Shown here: positions 1-9,994 of the stretch, piece by piece | How positions within the stretch are numbered: the first letter of the stretch is position 1 | Layout: the number at the start of each line of letters is the position of its first letter | Assembly (NCBI GenBank): GCA_050299175.1 | Contig: JBNKVM010000074.1 | Span: forward strand, 19,912-83,911 | DNA: 64,000 nucleotides | Direction: 5' to 3' | Source: Thiohalomonadaceae bacterium | GTDB lineage: Bacteria > Pseudomonadota > Gammaproteobacteria > Thiohalomonadales > Thiohalomonadaceae | Notes under the pieces: model-generated | What the model saw: only the letters and a program-made list of their open reading frames with translations | What the model was told of the DNA's origin: nothing | The model's database searches: none | Made by a program: the position numbers and the translations under genes

Positions 1-2
1 GC

Positions 3-119
3 ACCGTCGCCCTCTCCCTCTACACCCTGGGCCGCGCCGCCAGCCGCGAAGAGGCGGAGATCCAGGCTCGAACCATGTGGGATGCGCGCAACCGCGCCCG
101 TTTCGCCAACGCTGCTTAG
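3..119 (+). CDS. 3'-terminal fragment of a gene truncated by the window edge (product unknown; its position fits the dsr gene that precedes dsrN)
   Basis: Frame 3 is open from the window edge to TAG at 117-119, with strong G/C third-position bias (TVALSLYTLGRAASREEAEIQ...). Only 38 aa are visible, so no function can be assigned. Confidence 0.3.
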   Translation, partial: TVALSLYTLGRAASREEAEIQARTMWDARNRARFANAA

Positions 120-135
120 GCAACCTGAGGAATCG

Positions 136-1551
136 ATGTCACGACTGCTGCTCGGCGCCAGCCATAAATCCTCCGGCAAGACCACCATCACCCTGGGGAT
201 CTGCGCCGCCCTGGCCCACAGCGGGGTCAGAGTACAGCCGTTCAAGAAGGGCCCAGACTACATCGACCCGATGTGGCTGGGACGCGCCGCAGGACAGACC
301 TGCTATAACCTCGACTTCAACACCATGGGCCACGACGAGATCCGTGAGGTATTCGTCCGCCGCAGTGAGGGCAGCGACATCGCTCTCATTGAGGGCAACA
401 TGGGGCTGTTCGACAGCATTGATGTGGAAGGCAGCGTCAGCAACGCAGAGATGGCCAAGCTGCTCGACGCCCCGGTAATACTGGTGCTCGACGTCAAGGG
501 CGCTACCCGCAGCGTGGTGCCGGTGATTATGGGATTCCAGCAGTTCGACCCGGCGCTCAACATCGCCGGGGTGATCCTCAACAAGGTAGCGGGCAACTGC
601 CACGAAGACCGCCTGCACCAGGCAATCGAGCACTACTGTGACATCCCGCTCATCGGCTCCATCCGCCGTGATAAACGACTGGCCATTGATGAGCGCCACC
701 TGGGGCTGATCCCCGGTAATGAAGCCTCCGAGGTGGATGCCAAGCTGGTGCAGATCCGCGAGCTGATCGCCGCCCAGGTAGACCTGGAGGCGCTTCGGAC
801 CATCGCAGACACCGCACCCGCCCTGCCCGCTCCCCAGCCAGTGTCCTTCCCGCCAGCAGCCGAGACAGTACGTATCGCCATCGCCCGTGACTCCGCCTTT
901 GGCTTCTACTACCCGGACGATCTGGAGGCCCTGCAAGCAGCCGGCGCGGCGTTGGTGCCGTTCAGTACTCTCAACGACAGCGCACTGCCCGAGGACATCG
1001 ACGGCCTGTTCATCGGTGGCGGCTTCCCCGAGACCCATCTGGCCGAACTGGAGGCCAATCGCCCCCTGCGCGAGGCGATTCACAGCGCCATCGACGCGGG
1101 CCTGCCCGCCTACGCCGAATGCGGTGGCCTGATGTATCTCTGTCGTTCCATCCAGTGGAAAGAGCAGCGCGGCGAGATGGTTGGTATCATCCCCGGTGAC
1201 GTGGTGATGCACCGCATGCCGGTGGGCCGCGGGCTGGCCGAGATCGACGAAACCGAACATGCCCCCTGGCCCGGCAGCGAAACGGGAAAGCGTTACCCGG
1301 TGCACGAGTTCCACTACTCCGCCATCGAAAACCTGCCCGACGGGCTGACCTATGCCTACCGGATGGAGCGGGGTCAGGGAATCAAGGACGGTCATGACGG
1401 CATCGTCTACCGCAATCTGTTGGCCAACTACGTCCACCTGCGGGATGTAGCAGGCAATCACTGGGCGCAACGCTTCGTTGACTTCGTCCGACTGCGGCGT
1501 CATGAGTATCAACCGGAACCGGCCGCGGCCGCGCTCCCACCATTTATGTAA
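136..1551 (+). CDS. dsrN: cobyrinate a,c-diamide synthase-family amidotransferase, DsrN-like (siroheme amidase candidate)
   Basis: ORF 82..1551. The N-terminal nucleotide-binding loop is GASHKSSGKTTITLG and the C-terminal GATase-like part contains ECGGLMYL. The ATG at 136 is preceded by GAGG. A Cys-less IscA-like gene follows 15 nt downstream, matching the dsrN-dsrR order known from the Allochromatium vinosum dsr operon. Confidence 0.7.
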   Translation: MSRLLLGASHKSSGKTTITLGICAALAHSGVRVQPFKKGPDYIDPMWLGRAAGQTCYNLDFNTMGHDEIREVFVRRSEGSDIALIEGNMGLFDSIDVEGSVSNAEMAKLLDAPVILVLDVKGATRSVVPVIMGFQQFDPALNIAGVILNKVAGNCHEDRLHQAIEHYCDIPLIGSIRRDKRLAIDERHLGLIPGNEASEVDAKLVQIRELIAAQVDLEALRTIADTAPALPAPQPVSFPPAAETVRIAIARDSAFGFYYPDDLEALQAAGAALVPFSTLNDSALPEDIDGLFIGGGFPETHLAELEANRPLREAIHSAIDAGLPAYAECGGLMYLCRSIQWKEQRGEMVGIIPGDVVMHRMPVGRGLAEIDETEHAPWPGSETGKRYPVHEFHYSAIENLPDGLTYAYRMERGQGIKDGHDGIVYRNLLANYVHLRDVAGNHWAQRFVDFVRLRRHEYQPEPAAAALPPFM

Positions 1552-1566
1552 ACCAGAGGTATTCCG

Positions 1567-1875
1567 ATGATTACACTCACCGATAAAGCGAAAGAGCAGG
1601 TACTGAAAGCCGCCGAGCAGAGCGATGCCGCGGGTCTGGCGCTGCGTCTGGCAGCAAAGCGTAATTCCGATGGCACCATGGAGTACGGCATGGGTTTCGA
1701 CGACCCGCAGGACGACGACATGGTGTTCCGCTTCGGCGATGTGGAAGTGGTGATGAACGGTGAATACGGTCCCCTGCTAAAAGGCACCACCATTGATTTC
1801 GTTGAGATCGAACCGGGCCAGTGGCACTTCATCTTTATGAATCCTAACGATGCCAACTTCCAACCCGCTCAATAA
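1567..1875 (+). CDS. dsrR: IscA/HesB-fold protein lacking all cysteines (DsrR-like)
   Basis: The 102-aa sequence has an IscA-like layout (MITLTDKAKEQV...GLALRLAAK...FVEI) but contains no Cys residue. That absence is the described hallmark of DsrR. Confidence 0.65.
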   Translation: MITLTDKAKEQVLKAAEQSDAAGLALRLAAKRNSDGTMEYGMGFDDPQDDDMVFRFGDVEVVMNGEYGPLLKGTTIDFVEIEPGQWHFIFMNPNDANFQPAQ

Positions 1876-1974
1876 AAACGCGCTCGCGTGTTTGAGACAG
1901 GTTCACATTAACCGGGAGCCATTACTGGCCCTGTGGTATTATCTGCCGCTTCGTGAATAACCGGCACGAATGAC

Positions 1975-3624
1975 ATGTTGAACATGACCGACACCCATCG
2001 TCAGGGACGGCGGCACAACCTGCTGGAGACACTGACCGCACTGTTCCTGCACAGTGGCGGCGGCGTTTTCGGCAAGCGCATGCGCCTGCTGCTGATCGGT
2101 GTCGGCAATACCTTCGCCCTGCTGGTTCTCAATCTCGCGCTGCTGCTCAGCTTCCCCGAATACAAAGATATCCTGCTGTTCACCTTTGGTGTCCTGATAC
2201 TTGGTGGCATAGTCCAGCTCATTGCTATCACCATCGCCTTCCGCCGCTTCCTGCTCCATCCCAGCGAAGAGCTGAAAGACTGGTCAGATGAGATCCGCGG
2301 CGGCAACCTGAGCATCCGCCTGCAACCGGAAGAGATGGGAGAATTGAAGGAAGTCTCCAAGGACATCAACAACCTGCTCGATTACCTGCAGAATCTGACC
2401 CGTCACATGGACGACGAGATCAAACGCCAGACCAAGCGCTTCGAGCAGAAAGCCAACTCGCTGCAGGTACTCTACGACGTCGCCGCCAGCCTCAACGCCT
2501 CCCGCGACCTCAAGGACCTGCTAACCCGTTTCCTCCACACCATGCGCGACATCGTCAACGCCAAAGCGGGCACGGTGCGGCTGCTCAATGAGAGCAACCA
2601 AATGGAACTGGTAGCCAGCATCGGCCTGGACGAAGCGGTGGTGGAACAGGAACGGCTGGTGCCGGTACAGCGCTGCCTCTGTGGTAATGCGTTAACCGGC
2701 GGCGAGGTGCTGTTCCAGCACGATCTCAACCCCTGTAACCAGTGGATTGGTCGTCCGCTGCTGGACGACGTCGATCTGGAGATGATCGCCGTGCCGTTGC
2801 AGTACCACGGCAAGAACCTCGGGGTTTACAACCTGTTTGTGGAAAAGGAAGACCTCGACTCCCGCGACGAGGTCAAGGCGCTGTTCACCAGCATCGGCCG
2901 CCACCTGGGCATGGCCATCGAAAAGGCCCACCTGGACGACGAATCGAAGCGCCTCTCCATTATTAATGAACGCAACGCCATGGCCCATGAGCTGCACGAT
3001 TCGCTGGCGCAGACCCTCGCCAGCCTGCGTTTCCAGGCGAGCATGCTTGGCGAGGCGGTCGATAAGCAAGGTGCCGACGTCACCCACGAAGACATTGAGC
3101 AGATCAAGAGTGGTCTCAACGACGCCTATACCGAACTGCGCGAACTGCTGGCCCATTTCCGCGCACCGATCAGTTCCCGCGGCCTACTCCCTGCGCTGGA
3201 AGATCTGATCAGCAACTTCCGCAAGCAGACCGGCATGCATGTACTCCTGCAAAAAGAGTGGGACTCCACCCGCCTCTCACCGCACATGGAGATGCAGGTG
3301 CTGCGCATCATCCAGGAAGCGCTGGCCAATGTGCGTAAACACAGCAAGGCCAACACCGTGCGGGTGCTGCTGCGCTGTGACAACGAAGGCCACTACAACA
3401 TTCTGGTCGAGGACGACGGTGTCGGTCTGGCGATGCAGCCCTTCAGCGGTCACCCCGGCGAACACCTCGGCCTGTCGATCATGGAAGAGCGCGCCCGCTA
3501 TCTGGGCGGCGAATTGCGTATTGAGAGTGAATCCGGAGAGGGAACAAGGGTACAATTGGCCTTTAGCACCGCCGATGGCGGTGACGATAAAGAAAAACCA
3601 CAACAACATTTCGCCCTCATTTAG
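1975..3624 (+). CDS. membrane sensor histidine kinase (TM-HAMP-GAF-HisKA_3-HATPase; NarX/NarQ-like architecture)
   Basis: The N-terminus is hydrophobic. The HisKA_3 H-box is HELHDSLAQTLASL. The C-terminal ATPase motifs are EALANVRKH and DDGVGL...GLSIMEERA. Confidence 0.8.
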   Translation: MLNMTDTHRQGRRHNLLETLTALFLHSGGGVFGKRMRLLLIGVGNTFALLVLNLALLLSFPEYKDILLFTFGVLILGGIVQLIAITIAFRRFLLHPSEELKDWSDEIRGGNLSIRLQPEEMGELKEVSKDINNLLDYLQNLTRHMDDEIKRQTKRFEQKANSLQVLYDVAASLNASRDLKDLLTRFLHTMRDIVNAKAGTVRLLNESNQMELVASIGLDEAVVEQERLVPVQRCLCGNALTGGEVLFQHDLNPCNQWIGRPLLDDVDLEMIAVPLQYHGKNLGVYNLFVEKEDLDSRDEVKALFTSIGRHLGMAIEKAHLDDESKRLSIINERNAMAHELHDSLAQTLASLRFQASMLGEAVDKQGADVTHEDIEQIKSGLNDAYTELRELLAHFRAPISSRGLLPALEDLISNFRKQTGMHVLLQKEWDSTRLSPHMEMQVLRIIQEALANVRKHSKANTVRVLLRCDNEGHYNILVEDDGVGLAMQPFSGHPGEHLGLSIMEERARYLGGELRIESESGEGTRVQLAFSTADGGDDKEKPQQHFALI

Positions 3625-3642
3625 GGCCATTCAAAAAAACCT

Positions 3643-4293
3643 ATGCGCGTACTGCTGGTAGATGACCATACCCTTTTCCGTAGCGGCCTCGAGACCCTGC
3701 TGGAACGTCATGGAATTGAGGTGATTGCCACCGCCGGCAACGGACGGGAAGGCTTTTTCGTGGCGCAGGAACTCAAGCCCGATGTGGTGTTGCTGGACAT
3801 GCGCATGCCGGAGATGAGCGGCCTCGAAGTCCTTTCAGGTCTACGCGCTGTGGGATTTAAAAGCCCAATTGTGATGCTCACCACCAGTAATGAAGAACAG
3901 GATTTGGTAGAGTGCCTGCGTAACGGTGCCAGCGGCTATCTGCTTAAGGATATGGAGCCGGGTGAACTGGTTAACGCCCTGCGCGGCATCATGGAGGGCA
4001 AGACCATTGTTGCACCCGAGTTGGGCGCGGTATTGGCCCGCGTGGTACAGGGCGAAGGGGAACAGACTGAGCCGAAAGAGGTCAGTCCCTTTGGCGACCT
4101 GACACCGCGGGAACTGGAGATCCTCTGCCTGCTCGCGGAAGGCCAGAGCAACAAGGTGATCGCCCGTAACCTGGGGATATCCGACGGTACGGTGAAACTC
4201 CACGTGAAGGCGATCCTGCGCAAGCTCGATGTCCATTCACGGGTCGAAGCCGCCGTGATGGCCGTGGAACAGAATTTCTGCAACAAGGAATAG
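3643..4293 (+). CDS. NarL/FixJ-family response regulator (REC + LuxR-type HTH)
   Basis: The receiver motifs are MRVLLVDDH...DVVLLDMRMP. The C-terminal HTH reads LTPRELEILCLLAEGQSNKVIARNLGISDGTVKLHV. The start is 19 nt downstream of the kinase gene. Confidence 0.85.
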   Translation: MRVLLVDDHTLFRSGLETLLERHGIEVIATAGNGREGFFVAQELKPDVVLLDMRMPEMSGLEVLSGLRAVGFKSPIVMLTTSNEEQDLVECLRNGASGYLLKDMEPGELVNALRGIMEGKTIVAPELGAVLARVVQGEGEQTEPKEVSPFGDLTPRELEILCLLAEGQSNKVIARNLGISDGTVKLHVKAILRKLDVHSRVEAAVMAVEQNFCNKE

Positions 4294-4296
4294 ATT

Positions 4297-5157
4297 GTGT
4301 TGTCGCTACTGCATACCTGTCGTAAATCGCTGCTACCCCTTTTGCTTGCGCTGGTTTCGCAATCGGCACTGGCCGAGATCGCCGATACCCGCTGGTACGA
4401 TGTCGAAGTCATCCTCTTTGCCCAAACCAACCCGGATTACCGTACCTCTGAAACCTGGCCCATCGATTACACCCCGCCGGATATGGAAAACGCCCGTGAG
4501 CTGCTTCCCCAGGATGTAGCGAAACGCGATCCGCTCCGCCCTACCGCATTCCGCCTACTCGATCCGAAAGAGTTGAATCTGGACGCCGACGCCAGGCGTA
4601 TCGATGAGGCCCGCGACCTGCAGCTACTGACCCACTTCGGCTGGCGCCAACCCGGACTACCGCAACAGGCGGCGCTGGCGGTGCGCGTCGATCAGCCGTT
4701 ATTCGACCGTATTCAGGCCATGAATGAGGCCGCGGCACTGAGTGAAGGAAAACCCGTTGAAGTTAAAAGCGATGGGATGGAGATGGTCGAGAAACCACAG
4801 CTGGAAGGAACACTGCGGCTGATCCTGTCACGCTACCTGCACATCGAAACCGACCTGCTGCTGAAAGAACCCGTTGAGGGGCAACCGCTCTACAGCGATG
4901 CCGAACAGGCCAATGTGGTACTGTTCAGTGAACCTGCCATGGGTCCAGGCACCGCTGCGGGACAGGCACAACCCGATCTGTTTGCCATGGCAGCAGAGAA
5001 CGCCGCGCAGGCCCCCTATCGGGTTTATTTCATGCACCAGTCACGCCGTATGCGTAGCAGTGAGGTGCACTATCTCGATCACCCGGTGTTCGGCATGGTG
5101 ATCAAAGTTGTTCCCTACCAGCCACCCGAAACAGAACAGACGTCACCACAACAGTGA
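4297..5157 (+). CDS. secreted protein, tentatively CsiV-like peptidoglycan-binding family
   Basis: GTG start with AAGGAA upstream and a signal peptide (LLPLLLALVSQSALA). The N-terminal motif WYDVEVILFAQ resembles what I recall of CsiV-family proteins. The call is tentative. Confidence 0.4.
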   Translation: MLSLLHTCRKSLLPLLLALVSQSALAEIADTRWYDVEVILFAQTNPDYRTSETWPIDYTPPDMENARELLPQDVAKRDPLRPTAFRLLDPKELNLDADARRIDEARDLQLLTHFGWRQPGLPQQAALAVRVDQPLFDRIQAMNEAAALSEGKPVEVKSDGMEMVEKPQLEGTLRLILSRYLHIETDLLLKEPVEGQPLYSDAEQANVVLFSEPAMGPGTAAGQAQPDLFAMAAENAAQAPYRVYFMHQSRRMRSSEVHYLDHPVFGMVIKVVPYQPPETEQTSPQQ

Positions 5158-5163
5158 TGCCAT

Positions 5164-5192
5164 AAAAAAGCCCGCATCAGCGGGCTTTTTTT
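5164..5192. terminator. bidirectional intrinsic terminator between convergent genes
   Basis: AAAAAA-GCCCGC-atca-GCGGGC-TTTTTTT. The stem is flanked by an A-run and a T-run, so it can act on both strands. Confidence 0.8.
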
Positions 5193-5199
5193 CGTGGCG

Positions 5200-5943
5200 T
5201 TACGCAACTCTCGGCACGATATGTTCCAACAGGCGCCGGACTTCGGCCATCCCTGAGATCAGGTGATGCTCAATCATCTCCATGGTGATCGCCCCATCGC
5301 CTCTCCCCGCGCCCATGTTCGCCACCACGGCGACACAGGCATAACAGAGCTCCAGTTCTCGGGCCAGCGCTGCCTCGGGCATCCCGGTCATACCTACCAG
5401 GTCGCAACCGTCGCGCTCCAGTTTGTCGATCTCGGCGGCAGTCTCCAGGCGCGGTCCCTGGGTCGCGGCGTAGGTGCCTCCGGCAATCAGCGGCACACCG
5501 GCTTCATCGCCGCACATCAACAGTGTTTTACGTAGCTCTTCACAATAGGGCTCGGTGAAGTCGATGTGGGTCACATGACTCAACCCCTCCTCGAAGAAGG
5601 TGTTGATCCGTGACCAGGTGTAATCGACGATCTGATTCGGTATCACCAGCTTGCCCGGCTGCATGTCGGCACGAATGCCACCCACCGCGTTAACCGCGAT
5701 CACCTGCTCCACTCCGCTCTCTTTCAGCGCCCAAAGGTTGGCACGATAGTTCACCTTATGCGGCGGAATGGTGTGGCCCGCACCGTGACGCGGCAAGAAC
5801 ACCACTTCTCGATCCGCCACCTCGCCGAACACCAGCGGTGCGGACGGTTCACCATAGGGCGTGTGCATCACCTCGCGGCGGGTAATCTTCAGGTCTTTCA
5901 GTGACGTCAGACCGGTGCCGCCGATAATGGCCAGTTTTGCCAT
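5200..5943 (-). CDS. mtnP: 5'-methylthioadenosine / methylthioinosine phosphorylase (PNP family)
   Basis: MAKLAIIGGTGL..., 247 aa, with typical MTAP-family length and motifs (LPRHG.GH.IPPH, VGMT). Confidence 0.8.
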   Translation of the reverse strand: MAKLAIIGGTGLTSLKDLKITRREVMHTPYGEPSAPLVFGEVADREVVFLPRHGAGHTIPPHKVNYRANLWALKESGVEQVIAVNAVGGIRADMQPGKLVIPNQIVDYTWSRINTFFEEGLSHVTHIDFTEPYCEELRKTLLMCGDEAGVPLIAGGTYAATQGPRLETAAEIDKLERDGCDLVGMTGMPEAALARELELCYACVAVVANMGAGRGDGAITMEMIEHHLISGMAEVRRLLEHIVPRVA

Positions 5944-5959
5944 GAATACTTCCTCGTCG

Positions 5960-6517
5960 TTAACTGTTTTTTACTGCGTAGATACCCGGCGCGTTGCGCA
6001 GGTACTCTTTATAGTCCATACCGAAACCGAAGACGTAGCGATCTTCCACTTCGAGACCCACATAGTCCGCCTCGATACCGCAATTACGATCATGTAGCTT
6101 CTGTACCAGTACCGCGCTCTTGACCGAAGCGGCGCCGGCATTTTCACAGGAGTGGACGATCTCCTTCAGGGTCAATCCTTCATCGAGAATATCGTCGACG
6201 ATCAAGACATGCCGACCTTCGATAGCAAAACGAGGCGTGACGCGCCACTCCAACTCGGTGCCCCCGGCAGTCTCACCGCGATAACGGCTGGCGTGAAAGT
6301 AATCGAGTTGCAACGGGAAATCGAGGTAACTCAACAAATAGCCTGCGGGAATCAATGCCCCACTCATCACCACCAGTACCAATGGATTCTTATCGCTGTA
6401 TTCCGCGGTAATCGCAACGGCCATTTTCTCGATGGCGGCCTCGACCGCAGCACGATCATGCAGGCAATCCGCCTCACGATAAATCTGTTTGATGTGTTCT
6501 TCGGTAACGCTCATCAA
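5960..6517 (-). CDS. hpt: hypoxanthine-guanine phosphoribosyltransferase
   Basis: 185 aa with the PRPP-binding motif VLIVDDILDEGLTL. Confidence 0.8.
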   Translation of the reverse strand: MMSVTEEHIKQIYREADCLHDRAAVEAAIEKMAVAITAEYSDKNPLVLVVMSGALIPAGYLLSYLDFPLQLDYFHASRYRGETAGGTELEWRVTPRFAIEGRHVLIVDDILDEGLTLKEIVHSCENAGAASVKSAVLVQKLHDRNCGIEADYVGLEVEDRYVFGFGMDYKEYLRNAPGIYAVKNS

Positions 6518-6524
6518 TGGTTCC

Positions 6525-7571
6525 TCACAGATCGAGATCCAATGTGGGGTTTTCGTCCAGTTCCTGCATCGCGGCGATCGCCTGACGCCAGGCCGGATCC
6601 TTGTGCAATGCCTCCAGGGTCACCGGGTGACGACCGTGCAGTCTTGCCAGTCGTGCGTGCAACACCGGGGTAGGTTTGTAGTCGAGGCCGCGCAGGATCA
6701 TTCGCGCCGCATCGGGATTGTTACAGATCAGCACCATGTCGCATCCAGCCGCCAACGCTGCCTCGGCGCGGGCCACATAATCACCAGCAACACTGGCCCC
6801 TTCCATATTGAGATCATCGCTGAAGATCACGCCCTGAAAACCGAGGCGCTTGCGCAAAATCTGTTGTAACCAGAAGGGAGAGAAGCCTGCAGGTTTCTCA
6901 TCCACTGCGGTATAGATGACATGGGCTGGCATCACCGCCGCCATGCCATTGGTGATCATCAATTCGTAGGGAGCGACGTCCTCGGCGAGGATATCTTCCA
7001 GGCGACGATCGTCTTCAGGGATCGCCTCGTGGGAGTCGGCCTCCACCGCTCCGTGGCCAGGAAAATGTTTTCCTGTGGCGGCCATTCCCGCGCGCTGCAT
7101 ACCGTGCATGGTCGCTGCGGCCAGTTCGGCAACGATATGCGGACGGCGGTGGTAAGCGCGGTCGCCGATCACGGCGCTGATGCCGTAGTCGAGATCGAGC
7201 ACCGGAGCGAAGCTGATATCGACACCGATGGCGCGCAGTTCCGAGGCCATGACCCAACCGGCCTGCTCCGCCAGTTGGCGCGCACGACGACGATCGTGTT
7301 CATAGATTTCGCCGAAACGGCGCATCGTCGGCAAGCGGGTAAACCCCTGGCGAAAGCGCTGTACCCGCCCCCCTTCCTGATCCACGGCGATCAGCAATGG
7401 CGGGCTACGCAATGCGTGGACCTCGGCGATCAATGCGGCGACCTGTTCGGGACTCTCAAAGTTGCGGCTGAAGAGGATCACCCCGCCCACCAGCGGATGC
7501 AGCAGGACCTCGCGCTCTTCGTCGTCCAACTGCGTACCGCGCAGGTCGAGCATTATCGGACCCAATGACAT
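6525..7571 (-). CDS. nagZ: beta-N-acetylhexosaminidase NagZ
   Basis: MSLGPIMLDL...ILFSRNF...IAVDQEGGRVQRF...KHFPGHG are glycoside hydrolase family 3 motifs. I chose the ATG at 7571 because it aligns with the E. coli NagZ N-terminus; the ORF-track start is 7589. Confidence 0.85.
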   Translation of the reverse strand: MSLGPIMLDLRGTQLDDEEREVLLHPLVGGVILFSRNFESPEQVAALIAEVHALRSPPLLIAVDQEGGRVQRFRQGFTRLPTMRRFGEIYEHDRRRARQLAEQAGWVMASELRAIGVDISFAPVLDLDYGISAVIGDRAYHRRPHIVAELAAATMHGMQRAGMAATGKHFPGHGAVEADSHEAIPEDDRRLEDILAEDVAPYELMITNGMAAVMPAHVIYTAVDEKPAGFSPFWLQQILRKRLGFQGVIFSDDLNMEGASVAGDYVARAEAALAAGCDMVLICNNPDAARMILRGLDYKPTPVLHARLARLHGRHPVTLEALHKDPAWRQAIAAMQELDENPTLDLDL

Positions 7572-7572
7572 C

Positions 7573-8085
7573 CTATACGCTTCCTTCAAATGGTTCTTCG
7601 GTAATCACCACCGGAATGCCCGGCGCCACCTGATCAAACAGCGCAATGATATCGTGATTACGCATCCGCACACAGCCATGAGAGTGCGGTACGCCCATCG
7701 GTTCCGTATCGGGCGTACCGTGGATGTAAATATAGCGACGCATGGTGTCGACACTGCCCAGCCGATTGTGGCCCGGTTCGCAACCGCTGAGCCAGAGGAT
7801 GCGGCTCAAAATCCAGTCACGTTGCGGCGCACTTTGTCCCAGTTCGTCGTTGTAGATTTCACCTGTTGGGCGGCGACCGACAAACACCGTACCCGATTCG
7901 CAACCTGCACCGATCTTTGCCCGTACGATATGCCGACCACGCGGGGTGCAGTTGCTGCCGTTCTCCTCACCCGGACCGTTGGTGGCCGTGGAAACAGGCA
8001 CATCAAACAGTACCGTGTCATCCTCCAGCAGTCGCAAGCGCTGCTCGGCGATACTGATATGAATCAGGCGCTCGCTCACGTCCAA
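7573..8085 (-). CDS. L,D-transpeptidase (YkuD domain) protein
   Basis: Catalytic motif HGTPDTEPMGVPHSHGCVRMRN. Confidence 0.75.
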   Translation of the reverse strand: MDVSERLIHISIAEQRLRLLEDDTVLFDVPVSTATNGPGEENGSNCTPRGRHIVRAKIGAGCESGTVFVGRRPTGEIYNDELGQSAPQRDWILSRILWLSGCEPGHNRLGSVDTMRRYIYIHGTPDTEPMGVPHSHGCVRMRNHDIIALFDQVAPGIPVVITEEPFEGSV

Positions 8086-8546
8086 TCCTTGTAAGGGTGT
8101 TTAACCAGACAGACGTTGTAGTAACGGGTATCGCCACTCACCTCTTCACCGATCCAGGATGGACGTTCGAAGGTTTCATCTTCTGCTGCCAACTCCACTT
8201 CGGCCACCACCAGACCGGCATTGTCACCGTCGAAGACGTCGATCTCCCAGGTGTGCTCACCATAGGGGACCAGATAACGAGTCTTGATGATCTGCGGCTG
8301 TTCGCAAAGGGTATCGAGCAACTCTTCCGCCTCGTCCAGCGGGATCGGATATTCGAACTCCTGGCGATGGATACCGAGGGTGGCGCTCTTGATATTGAGG
8401 TTGGCCTGCTCGCCTTCGATGCGCACCCGCACCGAAGCACGCTCCGCACCAACGAGATAGCCCTGGCGAAAACGGGTGCCGCTATCGGCGATATCGCGCC
8501 AGCTCTCGTCGCGCAGCAGGAATTTGCGTTCTATCTCGGTTGCCAT
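8076..8546 (-). CDS. CYTH-domain protein (class IV adenylate cyclase / triphosphatase family)
   Basis: N-terminal EIERKFLL signature in a 156-aa protein. Confidence 0.7.
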   Translation of the reverse strand: MATEIERKFLLRDESWRDIADSGTRFRQGYLVGAERASVRVRIEGEQANLNIKSATLGIHRQEFEYPIPLDEAEELLDTLCEQPQIIKTRYLVPYGEHTWEIDVFDGDNAGLVVAEVELAAEDETFERPSWIGEEVSGDTRYYNVCLVKHPYKDWT

Positions 8547-8564
8547 GGCTGCATTGTCTCTCAG

Positions 8565-9896
8565 CTATTTTTTAGTGAACAGAGCTATTGATTCCACATG
8601 TGCCGTATGTGGAAACATATCCATCACGCCGACCTTTGCCAGAGTGTAACCATGTTCGTTGACCAATAGCCCCGCGTCACGCGCCAGGGTCGCCGGATTA
8701 CAGGAGACGTAGACGATCCGTTTCACACCCAGTTTGGCGATATGTGGGATCGCCTCCATTGCCCCGTCGCGTGCCGGGTCTAACAGCACCTTATCGAAGC
8801 CCTGCGACCACCAGGGTAACTGCTCCACCTCTTTCGCCAGATCGGCGACGTGAAACTCGACGTTAGTAATCGCATTGAGTTCGGCATTTTCCCGCGCTCG
8901 TTGCACCAGCAACTCCAGCCCTTCCACGCCGACTACCTCTCGAGCACGGCGCGCCAGTGGCAGGGTAAAATTACCGACGCCACAGAAGAGATCCAGCACC
9001 CTCTCGTCGGGCTGAACCTCCAGCAACTCAATGGCATAGGGCACCATCTTGCGGTTAATGTCGGTGTTTACCTGGGTGAAACCATTAGGGGTGAAGTTAA
9101 AACGCACGTCGAACTCGGGCAACGCATAACTCAACTGAGTTTGTTCGGGCCAAAGCGGCTCGACGGTGTCAGGGCCACCGGATTGCAAAAAGAAATGCAA
9201 CTCGTGCTGTTTGGCAAAGGCGATCAATTTCTCCTGGTCCGTGGTAGTTAACGGTTTCAGGTTACGAAATACCAGGGCAGTTTGGTTGTCGTCCACCGCC
9301 ACTTCGATCTGTGCGATCTCGCGACGCGCCTCCAGTGAGGCGATCAGGGTTTGCAGTTCCTGCAGATGTTCGCCAACCGTCGGATAGAGAATTTCGCAAC
9401 GCTGCATGTCGACCACGTAGGGTTTGCGCTTTTCGCGGAAACCGATCAACGCACGATCTTTTTTATCCACAAAGCGCACACCCATACGCGCCTTGCGTCG
9501 ATATCCCCAATGTGGCCCGGTCAGCGGCTGCAGTACTTCGGCGGGGTTTACCTTGCCGAGACGCTCGAAGTTTTCAAGCAGCACTTCCTGTTTGGCCAAT
9601 ATCTGCGCTTGCGCATCCATGTGTTGCAGGGCGCAACCACCGCAGATGCCGAATACCGCGCATTTCGGTTCTACCCGCTCTGGCGCAGCCTGATGTATCT
9701 CCTGCGCGACCCCGACATCGTAGCTACGCTTCTTCTCCACGTAGAGGAAACTCACCTCTTCGCCTTTCAGCGCACCTTCGACAAATACCGTCTTGCCGTC
9801 GATGTGGGCGACACCACGGCCGTCGTGTGAGAGATCGTCAATAGTGACTCTAACCGGATCGGTAGGGAGTTGCGGGCGTTTACGTCTTCTTGCCAT
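8565..9896 (-). CDS. rlmD: 23S rRNA (uracil1939-C5)-methyltransferase
   Basis: TRAM-like N-terminus, a 4-Cys cluster (CAVFGICGGCALQH) and a SAM-methyltransferase motif (VLDLFCGVGNFTLPLA). Confidence 0.85.
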   Translation of the reverse strand: MARRRKRPQLPTDPVRVTIDDLSHDGRGVAHIDGKTVFVEGALKGEEVSFLYVEKKRSYDVGVAQEIHQAAPERVEPKCAVFGICGGCALQHMDAQAQILAKQEVLLENFERLGKVNPAEVLQPLTGPHWGYRRKARMGVRFVDKKDRALIGFREKRKPYVVDMQRCEILYPTVGEHLQELQTLIASLEARREIAQIEVAVDDNQTALVFRNLKPLTTTDQEKLIAFAKQHELHFFLQSGGPDTVEPLWPEQTQLSYALPEFDVRFNFTPNGFTQVNTDINRKMVPYAIELLEVQPDERVLDLFCGVGNFTLPLARRAREVVGVEGLELLVQRARENAELNAITNVEFHVADLAKEVEQLPWWSQGFDKVLLDPARDGAMEAIPHIAKLGVKRIVYVSCNPATLARDAGLLVNEHGYTLAKVGVMDMFPHTAHVESIALFTKK

Positions 9897-9994
9897 AAAT
9901 CCTCAAAACATAAAAATTCAGCGCAAAAATGCAGAGGTCGCAGATAGACCTGAATGAAGGCTTTTGCGTACTTCACATCTTCGCGGTGTGTTAA

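Noticed and set aside
139-1512. 457-aa antisense ORF covering almost all of the dsrN-like gene. Similar long antisense ORFs occur at 59338..60204 and 60910..61797.
   Set aside because: Long stop-free antisense frames are typical of GC-rich coding DNA. The sense-strand products have clear family motifs and the antisense translations have none.
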